64,000 nucleotides of DNA from positions 37,117 to 101,116 of the forward strand of contig JAIRWT010000010.1 in assembly GCA_031268795.1 (NCBI GenBank), given 5' to 3'. The notes below the pieces were generated by a model. The model searched no databases and was not told the origin of the DNA. It saw nothing but the letters and a program-made list of their open reading frames with translations. A program made the translations under genes and the position numbers. Source of the stretch: Puniceicoccales bacterium. GTDB lineage: Bacteria > Verrucomicrobiota > Verrucomicrobiia > Opitutales > JAIRLM01. This document shows positions 9,086-18,097 of the stretch, piece after piece (within the stretch, counting starts at the first letter, position 1; each line of letters begins with the position of its first letter).

Positions 9086-9997
9086 TCATTTTTTTCCCAA
9101 TTCGGCTCCATAGATAACAACGGGTACGGCCGTCTCTAAAAATCCATCCGCACGAAGAAAAAGTGTGCCGCGCGCGGATTCCGCACCTTCTACAGCTATG
9201 GTTATCGAATTTTTGCCACCGTGTATGATCACATCGGGAACGACGATTGCGTTCGGGATGTCCGTTGTTACATCGATTTCAATCCCTTCACCCGGTGCCG
9301 GCGAGGAAAGGTTGATGACTAACTCTACCGACTTTCCCTTTGGAATTTCTAGTGCCCGCGGCGATGTTTTAATGATTCCACGGTCGATGAAAATAGTACC
9401 AACGGGAAGAGTTTCTTGGGCATTTGCTAATTCAACGGAATAGTAGCGATCGGCGGGAAGGGAAGGGAGGCGAAAGCGAATGGCGGTTGGTGAAATAACC
9501 TTCGTTTCTGTTACTTGATCGTCCACATAGATCATATCACCTTCGCGAAAACCTCGCCCGATGACGGTAACAACGGTTCCCGGTGTGCCACGCTTAGTAT
9601 CTAGACCAAGGGCATAATGGTCGGATAAAGAGAGATGATAAGTCGGAGATTTTTCGCGGACATGTTGCAATCCGTTATCGGTTTGCCGGGAATAATTGAC
9701 TTCAAAAAAATATGGAATGGAAGTGCAATCGGATGGCATGCGATATTCGTAGGAATAATGGCCTTGGGAAACGCGCTTCATAGGCAACATTCTACCATCC
9801 ACACAGACATGGGCTACTATGTTGCGCTCGTTGACGCCGCTACTTAACACGAAAAAGTCCAAGGTAAGCGGGTAAACGCCGGATGCATTAACCGGTAAAA
9901 CATCCGGAGTGGCATTCTTTATGTGCACATGTGAGCATCCAGAAAAACACAACAAGGTGCCCAATAATAGGCTAACTCTATTTAACAGCCTCATCAT
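9086..9997 (-). CDS. lipoprotein with IPT/TIG-like beta-sandwich domain
   Basis: Signal peptide and lipobox LLGTLLCFSGC. The segment GTPGTVVTVIGRGFREGDMIYVDDQVTETKVISPTAIRFRLP looks like an IPT/TIG repeat. Confidence 0.5.
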   Translation of the reverse strand: MMRLLNRVSLLLGTLLCFSGCSHVHIKNATPDVLPVNASGVYPLTLDFFVLSSGVNERNIVAHVCVDGRMLPMKRVSQGHYSYEYRMPSDCTSIPYFFEVNYSRQTDNGLQHVREKSPTYHLSLSDHYALGLDTKRGTPGTVVTVIGRGFREGDMIYVDDQVTETKVISPTAIRFRLPSLPADRYYSVELANAQETLPVGTIFIDRGIIKTSPRALEIPKGKSVELVINLSSPAPGEGIEIDVTTDIPNAIVVPDVIIHGGKNSITIAVEGAESARGTLFLRADGFLETAVPVVIYGAELGKK

Positions 9998-10192
9998 TAA
10001 GTCATTGAATAGGCTGCCGGCGCGTTGTCAACAAAGATCAGTTGGGCCGGCAAAAGTCAATTTGGCATCTGAATAGCGGCGATGAAATTACAGAGACCAT
10101 CTCGAGTTTCCAAATGATTATTTCCGACGATGGCAATATTTGCCCGATAAAGAGTTGACATCGGCATATTTGGTGGGCAAACTCCACTGTGC

Positions 10193-11482
10193 ATGGATGT
10201 AAAAATTACGAGTACCGAGTACCGAGTACCGAGTACCGAATGCGAATCTTCGGCGCTTGAAAGTCTTATCGAAGCCGGCGGCATGCACGGCCTTGTGGGC
10301 GTATCGGCGGAAACATCAGTCGGTGCAGCAACACCCGTCCGAACGCCTCGAATTGGGAGTCGTCGCATGGCCACAACCCGAAGCCGGCGTGTCGACACAG
10401 AATTTCTCAAGGCCTCGTCCCCAGAATTGGAGCGGCAATTATATGAGCTTGCCGCAGGGCAAATAGATGAGCTGCCAAAGGCGCCAATTGGGACGCGTAG
10501 GGCAATCATTGCGGTTCCCCCATTCATCGGAGAGCGGCGATTTGGCCTAGCCATTGGCGATGCGCTTACTAAATTTGGTTATGAATGGTGCATTTGCTCG
10601 GGCAAGTTGGCACATAGGGCTGAAAAAATGAATTCCGACATATTCATTTCAACGAACGCATCCATATCAATTTCGCCGCCATCACAAGTGGTATCCTTGC
10701 TCTATATTCATTCTCCATATGATGTTTCTCCGGCGAATTATCAATATGCTAGCACCTATGACAATTTTCTGTTTGCCCAGTCTGGAACGGAAGAATTGGA
10801 GGAATATTTGCGGAAAAAGGGAAAAAAATTTCGCCAATTGAAAACCTATTTAACCCTCGGTGAAACGGATTTTTGCGATAGTCGCAAGGAACGGATCGCC
10901 TTTGTAGGGCATCTATGGGACCCTCGCCGGAGGGATGACTTTGCAAAACTTTTTCAGTTGCTTGATAAAACGGGATATTGTGATTTTTATGGCTCAGGTG
11001 CGGTATGGAAAAGGAAAAATTTCCGTTCCTGGAAGGGCGCAATTCCAATGGTTGGCCCCGGGGATGTACGGGACGTCATGACGTCCGCAGGAATTGCGCT
11101 TCTTTTACACCATAAGCAACAATTTGAATCTGGGTCCGCTGTATTTCGCGATTTTGAAGCACTTCAAGCGTCCTGCGTAATCATTTCAGAAAAAACCTCA
11201 TTCATGCTGGAAAATTTTGGCGATTGTGTGTTATTTATTGATACGGAAAGACCGGCCGAAGAAATTTTTGCCCAGATCGACGGACATGTGAAATGGATTC
11301 ATGAGCATCCGGAAGAAGCCATAGAAATGGCACGGAAGTCACATCAAATCTTTTGTGACAAATTCTCCCTTGAAGTTGAGTGTGAAAAAATTCTCAATTT
11401 TGCCAATGAAATTTCCGTATCCTCCCAGAATTGCCTTGGCGATGACAAAGTGGCTAATCAAGCGATGACCGAGTCTTCTTAA
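10193..11482 (+). CDS. putative glycosyltransferase (GT1/CgeB-like C-terminal half); heptanucleotide repeat at codons 6-16
   Basis: The C-terminal half (FVGHLWDPRRRDDF...SGSAVFRDFEALQASCVIISEKT...FIDTERPAEEI...HPEEAIEMARKS) follows the GT1 C-domain pattern. The N-terminal 120 aa are unusual and the start is uncertain. Confidence 0.45.
   Translation: MDVKITSTEYRVPSTECESSALESLIEAGGMHGLVGVSAETSVGAATPVRTPRIGSRRMATTRSRRVDTEFLKASSPELERQLYELAAGQIDELPKAPIGTRRAIIAVPPFIGERRFGLAIGDALTKFGYEWCICSGKLAHRAEKMNSDIFISTNASISISPPSQVVSLLYIHSPYDVSPANYQYASTYDNFLFAQSGTEELEEYLRKKGKKFRQLKTYLTLGETDFCDSRKERIAFVGHLWDPRRRDDFAKLFQLLDKTGYCDFYGSGAVWKRKNFRSWKGAIPMVGPGDVRDVMTSAGIALLLHHKQQFESGSAVFRDFEALQASCVIISEKTSFMLENFGDCVLFIDTERPAEEIFAQIDGHVKWIHEHPEEAIEMARKSHQIFCDKFSLEVECEKILNFANEISVSSQNCLGDDKVANQAMTESS
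10209..10239 (+). repeat. tandem heptanucleotide repeat (CGAGTAC) x4.4
   Basis: Read directly: cgagtac cgagtac cgagtac cgagtac cga. It lies 16 nt after the ATG at 10193 and downstream of a TTGACA box at about 10154. Confidence 0.9.
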
Positions 11483-11486
11483 TCAC

Positions 11487-12779
11487 CTATCCGATGACTT
11501 TTTCCGACAAGGGTAGCATTCTACCATTGCGGAAAAGTGTAACTTGACCAGTACTCTGCGAAACCACGATCGCCAGGCTATCGGTCGCTTTAGATATTGC
11601 GGCGGCGGACGTGTGTCGTGTGCCCAACCCGCCGGGAAGAACGATGCCGCGGCTTGGTGCATTGATCATTGTTCCGGCAGCTTCAAATACGCCGTCACTG
11701 CAAACGATGAAGGCACCGTCAATGGAGGCAAATTCCTTAATTGTCTCATCAATGAATGGATTGAGAACGCTTCGTTCCTGGCGCGGATAACCTTGAAACG
11801 GATTGAGGATAAGAGATTTATAATAGCGCTTAATTTTAGCATGATTTCCGATGATAAACATTGCTCCCAATGGCTTGCCTTCGCGCCCTTCCGCGGCAAT
11901 TTGATGAGCAATGGCAATAATTCGTTCGAAGACTTCCGGGGGAATGTCCTTAGGAATAAGCCCGCGTCGCGTATCAAATAAGGCCTTGTACTTGGCTGCC
12001 ACGTCCACGAGAATTAGGCAATCGAAGTGCCCGCTTTCGCTTCCGCTCCCGATGCAGCAAATTTTTTCATCGCAATTGACGAATCCGCGGCTGAGTGCGA
12101 TGAGAATGGCTCCATGCATTTGAACCAGCCGCGTGCGGGAATAATTGGATACGCTTAGAAATTGATCCATGCCATATTCGGATAGGAGATCCTCCTGAAG
12201 GCGTTCGGTAACAAGAATGCGTTTCATCCCAGGAAAATATTTTCCAAATATAAACCACTCGGTTAACGCGTCCGGGAAAAGAAAAATGGATTGACATCCG
12301 GAACTGCGGGCAAGGCGGAATGCCTCCCGGAGAAAAATTCGTTGCCCCTTTGATGAGAGGTGGATACCAGTGTTTGTGGGCTTTTTTTTTCCGAAGATTT
12401 GCTGGCATTTTTTATGGAAAAGCGATAACGATTGCGGATGTATAAGTGATAGTATTTTATGTGAATCGTGGAGCTCCCTTGCTAGATGAGCCAAAACCTG
12501 CAACTGTCCGTCCCAACCTTCTTTGAAAAGGATCAGAAAAACAAGTCGCACATCCTCGTATTCTGGATTGTCCTCAAATTTTATCCCATTCGGGCAGCGT
12601 CCAATGGCAAAAAGGCAAGGCCGATGAAGGGGAATTTTGAGGTGAGGGATAGCAATACCATTTCCAAGGCAAGTGGATGCCCGTTTTTCCCGTGCGATTA
12701 ATTCCTGTAGCACGGCATCATGGTCAATTTTCTCCGTCTTAGAAAAACGGCTTAAAAGTTCCATGATGGAACCTTCCAT
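11487..12779 (-). CDS. diadenylate cyclase (DAC domain) fused to an N-terminal PTS EIIA type-2 domain and a central pyruvate-kinase-C-like region
   Basis: N-terminus: REKRASTCLGNGIAIPHLKIP (EIIA-2 His motif). C-terminus: IDGAFIVCSDGVFEAAGT...LGTRHTSAAAISKATDSLAIVVSQSTGQVTLFRNG (DisA_N/DAC DGA and RHxxA motifs). Start trimmed to MEGSIMELL. Confidence 0.7.
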   Translation of the reverse strand: MEGSIMELLSRFSKTEKIDHDAVLQELIAREKRASTCLGNGIAIPHLKIPLHRPCLFAIGRCPNGIKFEDNPEYEDVRLVFLILFKEGWDGQLQVLAHLARELHDSHKILSLIHPQSLSLFHKKCQQIFGKKKPTNTGIHLSSKGQRIFLREAFRLARSSGCQSIFLFPDALTEWFIFGKYFPGMKRILVTERLQEDLLSEYGMDQFLSVSNYSRTRLVQMHGAILIALSRGFVNCDEKICCIGSGSESGHFDCLILVDVAAKYKALFDTRRGLIPKDIPPEVFERIIAIAHQIAAEGREGKPLGAMFIIGNHAKIKRYYKSLILNPFQGYPRQERSVLNPFIDETIKEFASIDGAFIVCSDGVFEAAGTMINAPSRGIVLPGGLGTRHTSAAAISKATDSLAIVVSQSTGQVTLFRNGRMLPLSEKVIG

Positions 12780-12924
12780 GGTTTGACTGCGAAGGTTTAT
12801 CAGACGATTACGCGCAAAGTAGGCGGAAAGGTACACGTTCGTGCATATTGTCCGATTGAAAGCAACTCACAAGCCATTTCCGCGGCGGATTTTGCCAGCG
12901 CAATGGTATGGAAATTAAATTCGA

Positions 12925-13968
12925 TTAACTATGAGTTTCAACATACGCTTTGGCGCGAAGGTCATTTATCCATCGGTTTTGATCCGCATCACGGCGAAGT
13001 TGCACGATGTCATTTTCGATTGAACTTTGCACCTGTTCAATGGATTGAAGCATTTCCGCGCGACGTTCGTACAAGTATAAAAATGCCACACTCCCATTCG
13101 ATAGATGAATCTTTCCGGAGCAAGTTCCAACTTGCATGCGTTCAACCACCGCTTTCAATTCTTCGCGCAAATCATCCGGGGAAAGCCACTCATCCGCCAA
13201 AGAGCTGGTGGCCATATCAAGGCTCTTGGCCAGTGTGGCAAATGGCTCTCCTGCGTTCAAATGCGCAGTAACTTGTGCAATTTCAGGGTTTTCCACCATT
13301 TTTCCAGATTCTTGCTCGGTGGTGTCCGATTCTAAATCGGAAGTGGCAATCACGCTTTCCGGCAAATATATTAATCCAAGCCGTATTGCCGATGGGATCA
13401 CGAAATTACTCCGATTGCCGTCGTAGTATTCGAGAATTTGCCGGGGACTGACGCACTCACGCGCATGGTGAAAACGATTCAATGCCCATCCGACGATAAG
13501 CGATTCCTCTATTTCACGCTTAAACTGTTGCAGCGACTTCCCGTACGCCCTCAGTTGTTGGGTGAAAAGTACCCGATCGCCGCCGAATCGATTCCGAATA
13601 AATTCGTCAATTTGGAACTCCTTTTGAACCTCCGGGACCTTCATGCCGGAACTTTCAAAGTCCTGAATAATAAGTGCGCGCGCGATATTGTCATCCAATA
13701 GATTCTGAAATGCCGCCGTCGCCTTTTTACCAAATTCGCGCTCCGTATGCGATTCGGATTCGATCCTTGCTAAAATGGGAGCAATCTCCTGGCGCAATTC
13801 TCCAACGGTAATGACCTGCTCATTGACCACGGCTGCCACCCCATTGAGATAATGTTCATTCAAAAACTTACCGCCACCGTCATCACCGTCGGCCGAGACA
13901 ATGAACGGAATAACAATGGAAACGCTCACTGCTACAGTCCGCCGCCATTGAAACTTCATGCCGCGCAA
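12925..13968 (-). CDS. SurA/PpiD-like periplasmic chaperone with degenerate parvulin domain
   Basis: Signal/TM segment, then a SurA_N-like segment LNGVAAVVNEQVITVGELRQEIAPIL. The later parvulin-like segment EPFATLAKSLD...LSPDDL... Confidence 0.6.
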   Translation of the reverse strand: MRGMKFQWRRTVAVSVSIVIPFIVSADGDDGGGKFLNEHYLNGVAAVVNEQVITVGELRQEIAPILARIESESHTEREFGKKATAAFQNLLDDNIARALIIQDFESSGMKVPEVQKEFQIDEFIRNRFGGDRVLFTQQLRAYGKSLQQFKREIEESLIVGWALNRFHHARECVSPRQILEYYDGNRSNFVIPSAIRLGLIYLPESVIATSDLESDTTEQESGKMVENPEIAQVTAHLNAGEPFATLAKSLDMATSSLADEWLSPDDLREELKAVVERMQVGTCSGKIHLSNGSVAFLYLYERRAEMLQSIEQVQSSIENDIVQLRRDADQNRWINDLRAKAYVETHS

Positions 13969-13991
13969 TCAAAAAACTCTATCGCCTTTTT

Positions 13992-14393
13992 TCAAGATGG
14001 AAATTTACCTGGGTCATCGCCGTAGGTAAAAATGAATTTCATTTTTTTTACACATTTCATCCGCCAATCTGCAGCAAAGGCATTTAAAAGCTTTCGTTCG
14101 TTAAATTTTAATTCCTGTAATACAGCTCCATTAGTAACCTCGATGGTAAGTGTTGGCTGAATAAAGTTTTTTACTTGCGAAAATGATGCCATTTTTGCCC
14201 CGGCTATACTGCGCCAGGAGCGGCGCATTAATTTTAAGCGATCGAAATTTTGCGCAACATTCACAAGTGTTTTGGATAGAATTATTCGCAATGAATCTGG
14301 TACGCGCAGCGTTGGCGATGTGCTTGCACCACTAATGCCACAAAATTCGGCTATAATCCCCCGCTGTTGCGCATTAAATTTTTTCGCAGCCAT
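13992..14393 (-). CDS. DUF721/DciA-like protein
   Basis: LMRRSWRSIAGAKMASFSQVKNFIQPTLTIEVTNGAVLQELKFNERKLL matches the DUF721 pattern. Start trimmed to MAAKKF to limit the overlap with murA. Confidence 0.5.
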   Translation of the reverse strand: MAAKKFNAQQRGIIAEFCGISGASTSPTLRVPDSLRIILSKTLVNVAQNFDRLKLMRRSWRSIAGAKMASFSQVKNFIQPTLTIEVTNGAVLQELKFNERKLLNAFAADWRMKCVKKMKFIFTYGDDPGKFPS

Positions 14394-15663
14394 CTTTTTG
14401 CATAATCTCCCTCCTTTGAAGCACGGCACCAATTTTCCGTAATTTTTCGTCAAAAATTTCATATCCGCGATCCACGTGATGTATCCCGCGAAGAATAGAT
14501 TCGCCGCGTGCAAGCAATGCCGCCGAATAAAGGCATGCTCCGGCGCGTAAATCCGGAATCATCACCGGGGCCCCAGACAAATGGGTTGCCCCGCGGATGA
14601 CGGCACGTCGCCCATCCATGACAATATCGGCACCCATCCGCCGTAACTCACCTACGTGCGTAAAGCGGTCGGGGTAAATATTTTCTAGCATGCTGCTTTC
14701 GCCGCAAATTTGCGTAAATAAAGTACACAGTGGCGCCTGCAAATCCGTTGGCAAACCGGGAAAAGGGAGCGTTTCCAAATGCATGGGTCGCAAATTTGAT
14801 CGTTCGCCATGAACTATGAAGAAGTTGCCAATTTCCTCAAATTCGGCGCCACTTTCGGCGAGAGCATCAATTATGGCACCGCAGAGGGCCGCGTCCATCT
14901 TCGTTAATTCTAGTTTTCCACGTCCAGCGAGTGCAAGTAATAGAAATGTGCCAAATTCAATGCGATCCGGGATGAGTTCGTGTGAAGCACCGTGTAGCTG
15001 CTCAACGCCGTCGATGGTAAGTGTTGATTCACCAATTCCATCAATTTTGGCGCCCATCTTAACCAACATGCGGCACAAATCGGCAACTTCCGGCTCTCTG
15101 GCAGCGTTTTCAATGATCGTTGTCCCATTAGCCAAAGTTGCCGCGCAAATAACATTTATCGTTCCGGTCACCGTGCTACCGAAAACACCCCCCATAGAGA
15201 CGGTTGCTCCCTTCAGCTGGTTGGCAGAAGCGCAAATGAGGCCATTTTGAATGAAAATTTCACAGCCAAGTGCGGTTAATCCATGCAAATGCAGATCAAT
15301 TGGCCTTTGCCCTAGGACGCATCCGCCCGGGGGAGGCATATTTACGCGCTTCAAGCGTGCAATCAATGGTCCCAACAGGCAAATGGATGCACGCATTTGC
15401 TGCACGCGCTCATAAGATGGATTGCCGCCAATGGCTAATGCTCGGACGCAAGCCGTACCGTCTTGGAAGGAAAATTCACAGCCTAGATCTTCTAAAAGAC
15501 TTCCCATGAACCGAATATCTTTGAGATCTGGCATGCGATGTATGGTAACAAAGTCATCAGTGAGTAGGGAAGCAGCCAGGGCCGGCAGCCCCGCATTTTT
15601 AGCTCCACTAATGCTTACTTTACCAGCAAGCGGCCGCCCACCCTGTATAATCACTTCCTGCAC
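14374..15663 (-). CDS. murA: UDP-N-acetylglucosamine 1-carboxyvinyltransferase
   Basis: Full-length MurA: ISGAKNAGLPALAASLL, and the active-site loop PPGGCVLGQRPIDLH with the Cys retained. Confidence 0.92.
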   Translation of the reverse strand: MQEVIIQGGRPLAGKVSISGAKNAGLPALAASLLTDDFVTIHRMPDLKDIRFMGSLLEDLGCEFSFQDGTACVRALAIGGNPSYERVQQMRASICLLGPLIARLKRVNMPPPGGCVLGQRPIDLHLHGLTALGCEIFIQNGLICASANQLKGATVSMGGVFGSTVTGTINVICAATLANGTTIIENAAREPEVADLCRMLVKMGAKIDGIGESTLTIDGVEQLHGASHELIPDRIEFGTFLLLALAGRGKLELTKMDAALCGAIIDALAESGAEFEEIGNFFIVHGERSNLRPMHLETLPFPGLPTDLQAPLCTLFTQICGESSMLENIYPDRFTHVGELRRMGADIVMDGRRAVIRGATHLSGAPVMIPDLRAGACLYSAALLARGESILRGIHHVDRGYEIFDEKLRKIGAVLQRREIMQKDGCEKI

Positions 15664-15754
15664 AAAACTACCCTTAAATGTTCAGGAAAATACACAAGTT
15701 AACTCACCCGTCAACTCGTACAAACTATAGGTTACTCAGTCAATTGGGCGCCGG

Positions 15755-17968
15755 TTAAAAAATCTCCTTCGCGATTTGCTCCGATAAAACAAGATACGCC
15801 ACATCCTCTGCAAAATCAATTTGTAAACCCTCACTATGTGCGTGGAGCTTATTGCCGGAAGTAGCCGCTTGTACGTTCAAAATCGCTGCCAGTTCACTCA
15901 TGGTTAGTTCGGTGCGCAACGTTCCATTGCCAAGGTCCGCCCATCTTGCCGCATCTCCCAAAATGGTCTGCTCGGCGGCATCAAAATCTGGCAAATCCAG
16001 GTCCGGGTTCGGTTGCACGATATAAAGCTGATTCCCGCTTCCGGTAGATTGATGTCCCTTATAAATATCAAGTAAGCTTTCGCTATTAGGTGTACCGAAA
16101 ACTGCGCGCAGTTTGCTGCGGTCAAATTGTCGCGGATTTTTGTCTGCGACGACACTATCAAGAGAAATTCCTGACATAATTTTTGGAGTTGAATTACCAA
16201 ACAAATGCTTTTCTTCCTGCACGACACAATAGCCATTTCGCATAATCGATGTAAGAACTTCTCCAGGCACAGACCTTACCTTTTTGTCAGCGGGGTTGTT
16301 GCGAGAAGACGATTTCAACAAGTATCTTAGGCCGACAACTGCATTCGCTGCGCCTCCAGCAAGCAAAGCAGCTGCTGGATTCAAGGTCACAGCAAGGGTG
16401 GCTGCCGAAGTAAACACACCAGCCAAACTAAGCGGTATAGTTTTCGGTGTGGTCGGACCCGCGATAGGCACAGTTTTCACGCCCTCATGCAATGCCCCGG
16501 TCGGCAGCAAAATTTTCTTATGCTGTGAATGTGACGCATCCTCTTCATCATCTGGTTTTTCATCAGCCACGGAAGCAGCGATGGCAATTGGAGAAGTTTC
16601 CTCGGGGTCTTTTTCCGGGGCAGGAACATTTGCGCCAGCAGGGAGCATTACCACCACGGGCTGCTTTTGATCAGTCGGAATTTCTTCGTCTCCGGAAATT
16701 GCCGGAATTTCTTCTTCGGCGGCCGGTAAAACTCCTTCTTCAATGGCTGGGTTTTCCGGTGGATATGCCAAAAGCAGCGGCTTCGGAATTGAATACACGG
16801 GAACAGGATCTTGATTGATTGCGCCGGCGAATCCAAATTTCCGTTTTGGCAAGGTATCATTCGCTGGCGACACATCCACTTCGACAGACTTTTGCTCATC
16901 CGCTTCAACCTTCTGTAATTCCGGACAAATATCTTCGGCTACATCCATTTTTTCTGCAATCGCTGGATTATTGTTGGATCCCTCATCCTCATTAGATGTT
17001 TCCGAATCCAGAGAATCTTTCTCTTTCGCCTGGGCATCATCGTCGATCAATGTTTCTTTTTGTTCAATCACATCCGGCTCTGGGCAAATATCGATGGTTG
17101 GATCCGTCTCTTTTTCGATTAGAGGATCTTCGGCAGGCACGTCATCATTCGACACTTCCGGATTCAAAAGAACATCTCCATTATCCGCGGCATCTTCACC
17201 AGCCAAAGTTTCCTCCAATTCGCTCGTATCCGGCTCTCCTGCATAAATATCAATTGCTTCGCCCATTTTTTCTCGGCTTGGCAAATCATCATCGCCATTT
17301 GGCTCTTCAAAGCATGAAGGAACTTCCGCTTTCGCCTGGTGCTTTCGCGACGCACTACGATCGACATCCGGTGGCGACAGTTGTAGATCTTCCTTCCGCT
17401 GTGGCAATTGCCCGGAGGTCATACTGGAGGTGAGCCATCGTGAGCGAAGATTTCCATTTTTATAGACTGCAACAAGGATTTCGCCACCGATACCAACATC
17501 ATAGCGAGTATGCCATCCATGCATGGGCGTTTTCGACAAGCCAAATTTTCTGTGTAAAATCTCCGTCTTTACCACGGTAGTAGCAAGAGCAATTTCGAGA
17601 GGTGGTGCGACAAACGTTGACGGGGCATCATACCGCATAGAGATGCTCGAAAGGGTCTCATAGGCTTCACGCAGACTTTCTACGCATACATTACCTTTGG
17701 CAATTCTTGCACAACACAAGCCAAGGGCCTGAAATAACCTATTGGCCGATTCATCGCCTGGGTTCATTACGAAACCAATGTATGCCTCCCGTTCCTCTGG
17801 CGTTCCGTGTTGGGTGAGAAGAGCCCGCATGACTTCGGTTAGTTGGGTTACGGTTCTCCCATCATCTAAAAAACGCTGCAAAAACTCATATGCACTGACA
17901 TCAGTTCGGGTCTCATTGGCGTGAAGTACGGGTGATTTGGGTTGTAATACATCCTGTCCAACATTCAT
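15755..17968 (-). CDS. large hypothetical protein with an acidic/proline-rich disordered centre and one bilobed hydrophobic segment (candidate secreted/membrane effector)
   Basis: 737-aa ORF. The central roughly 300 aa are D/E/P-rich, with the motif DICPE(P/L) occurring twice. Hydrophobic hairpin IPLSLAGVFTSAATLAVTLNPAAALLAGGAANAVVGL. No recognisable catalytic motif. Confidence 0.55.
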   Translation of the reverse strand: MNVGQDVLQPKSPVLHANETRTDVSAYEFLQRFLDDGRTVTQLTEVMRALLTQHGTPEEREAYIGFVMNPGDESANRLFQALGLCCARIAKGNVCVESLREAYETLSSISMRYDAPSTFVAPPLEIALATTVVKTEILHRKFGLSKTPMHGWHTRYDVGIGGEILVAVYKNGNLRSRWLTSSMTSGQLPQRKEDLQLSPPDVDRSASRKHQAKAEVPSCFEEPNGDDDLPSREKMGEAIDIYAGEPDTSELEETLAGEDAADNGDVLLNPEVSNDDVPAEDPLIEKETDPTIDICPEPDVIEQKETLIDDDAQAKEKDSLDSETSNEDEGSNNNPAIAEKMDVAEDICPELQKVEADEQKSVEVDVSPANDTLPKRKFGFAGAINQDPVPVYSIPKPLLLAYPPENPAIEEGVLPAAEEEIPAISGDEEIPTDQKQPVVVMLPAGANVPAPEKDPEETSPIAIAASVADEKPDDEEDASHSQHKKILLPTGALHEGVKTVPIAGPTTPKTIPLSLAGVFTSAATLAVTLNPAAALLAGGAANAVVGLRYLLKSSSRNNPADKKVRSVPGEVLTSIMRNGYCVVQEEKHLFGNSTPKIMSGISLDSVVADKNPRQFDRSKLRAVFGTPNSESLLDIYKGHQSTGSGNQLYIVQPNPDLDLPDFDAAEQTILGDAARWADLGNGTLRTELTMSELAAILNVQAATSGNKLHAHSEGLQIDFAEDVAYLVLSEQIAKEIF

Positions 17969-18097
17969 AATGCTGTGACGAAAGTTGTTTGCGCGAATTT
18001 TGTCAAGTCCTATTTACGGAAAGCACTACAAACAGCTGGTGTTCCGATAATTACATTTGTATTTTCATGGAAAATTCGATGAGAGGAAACTCAATGT

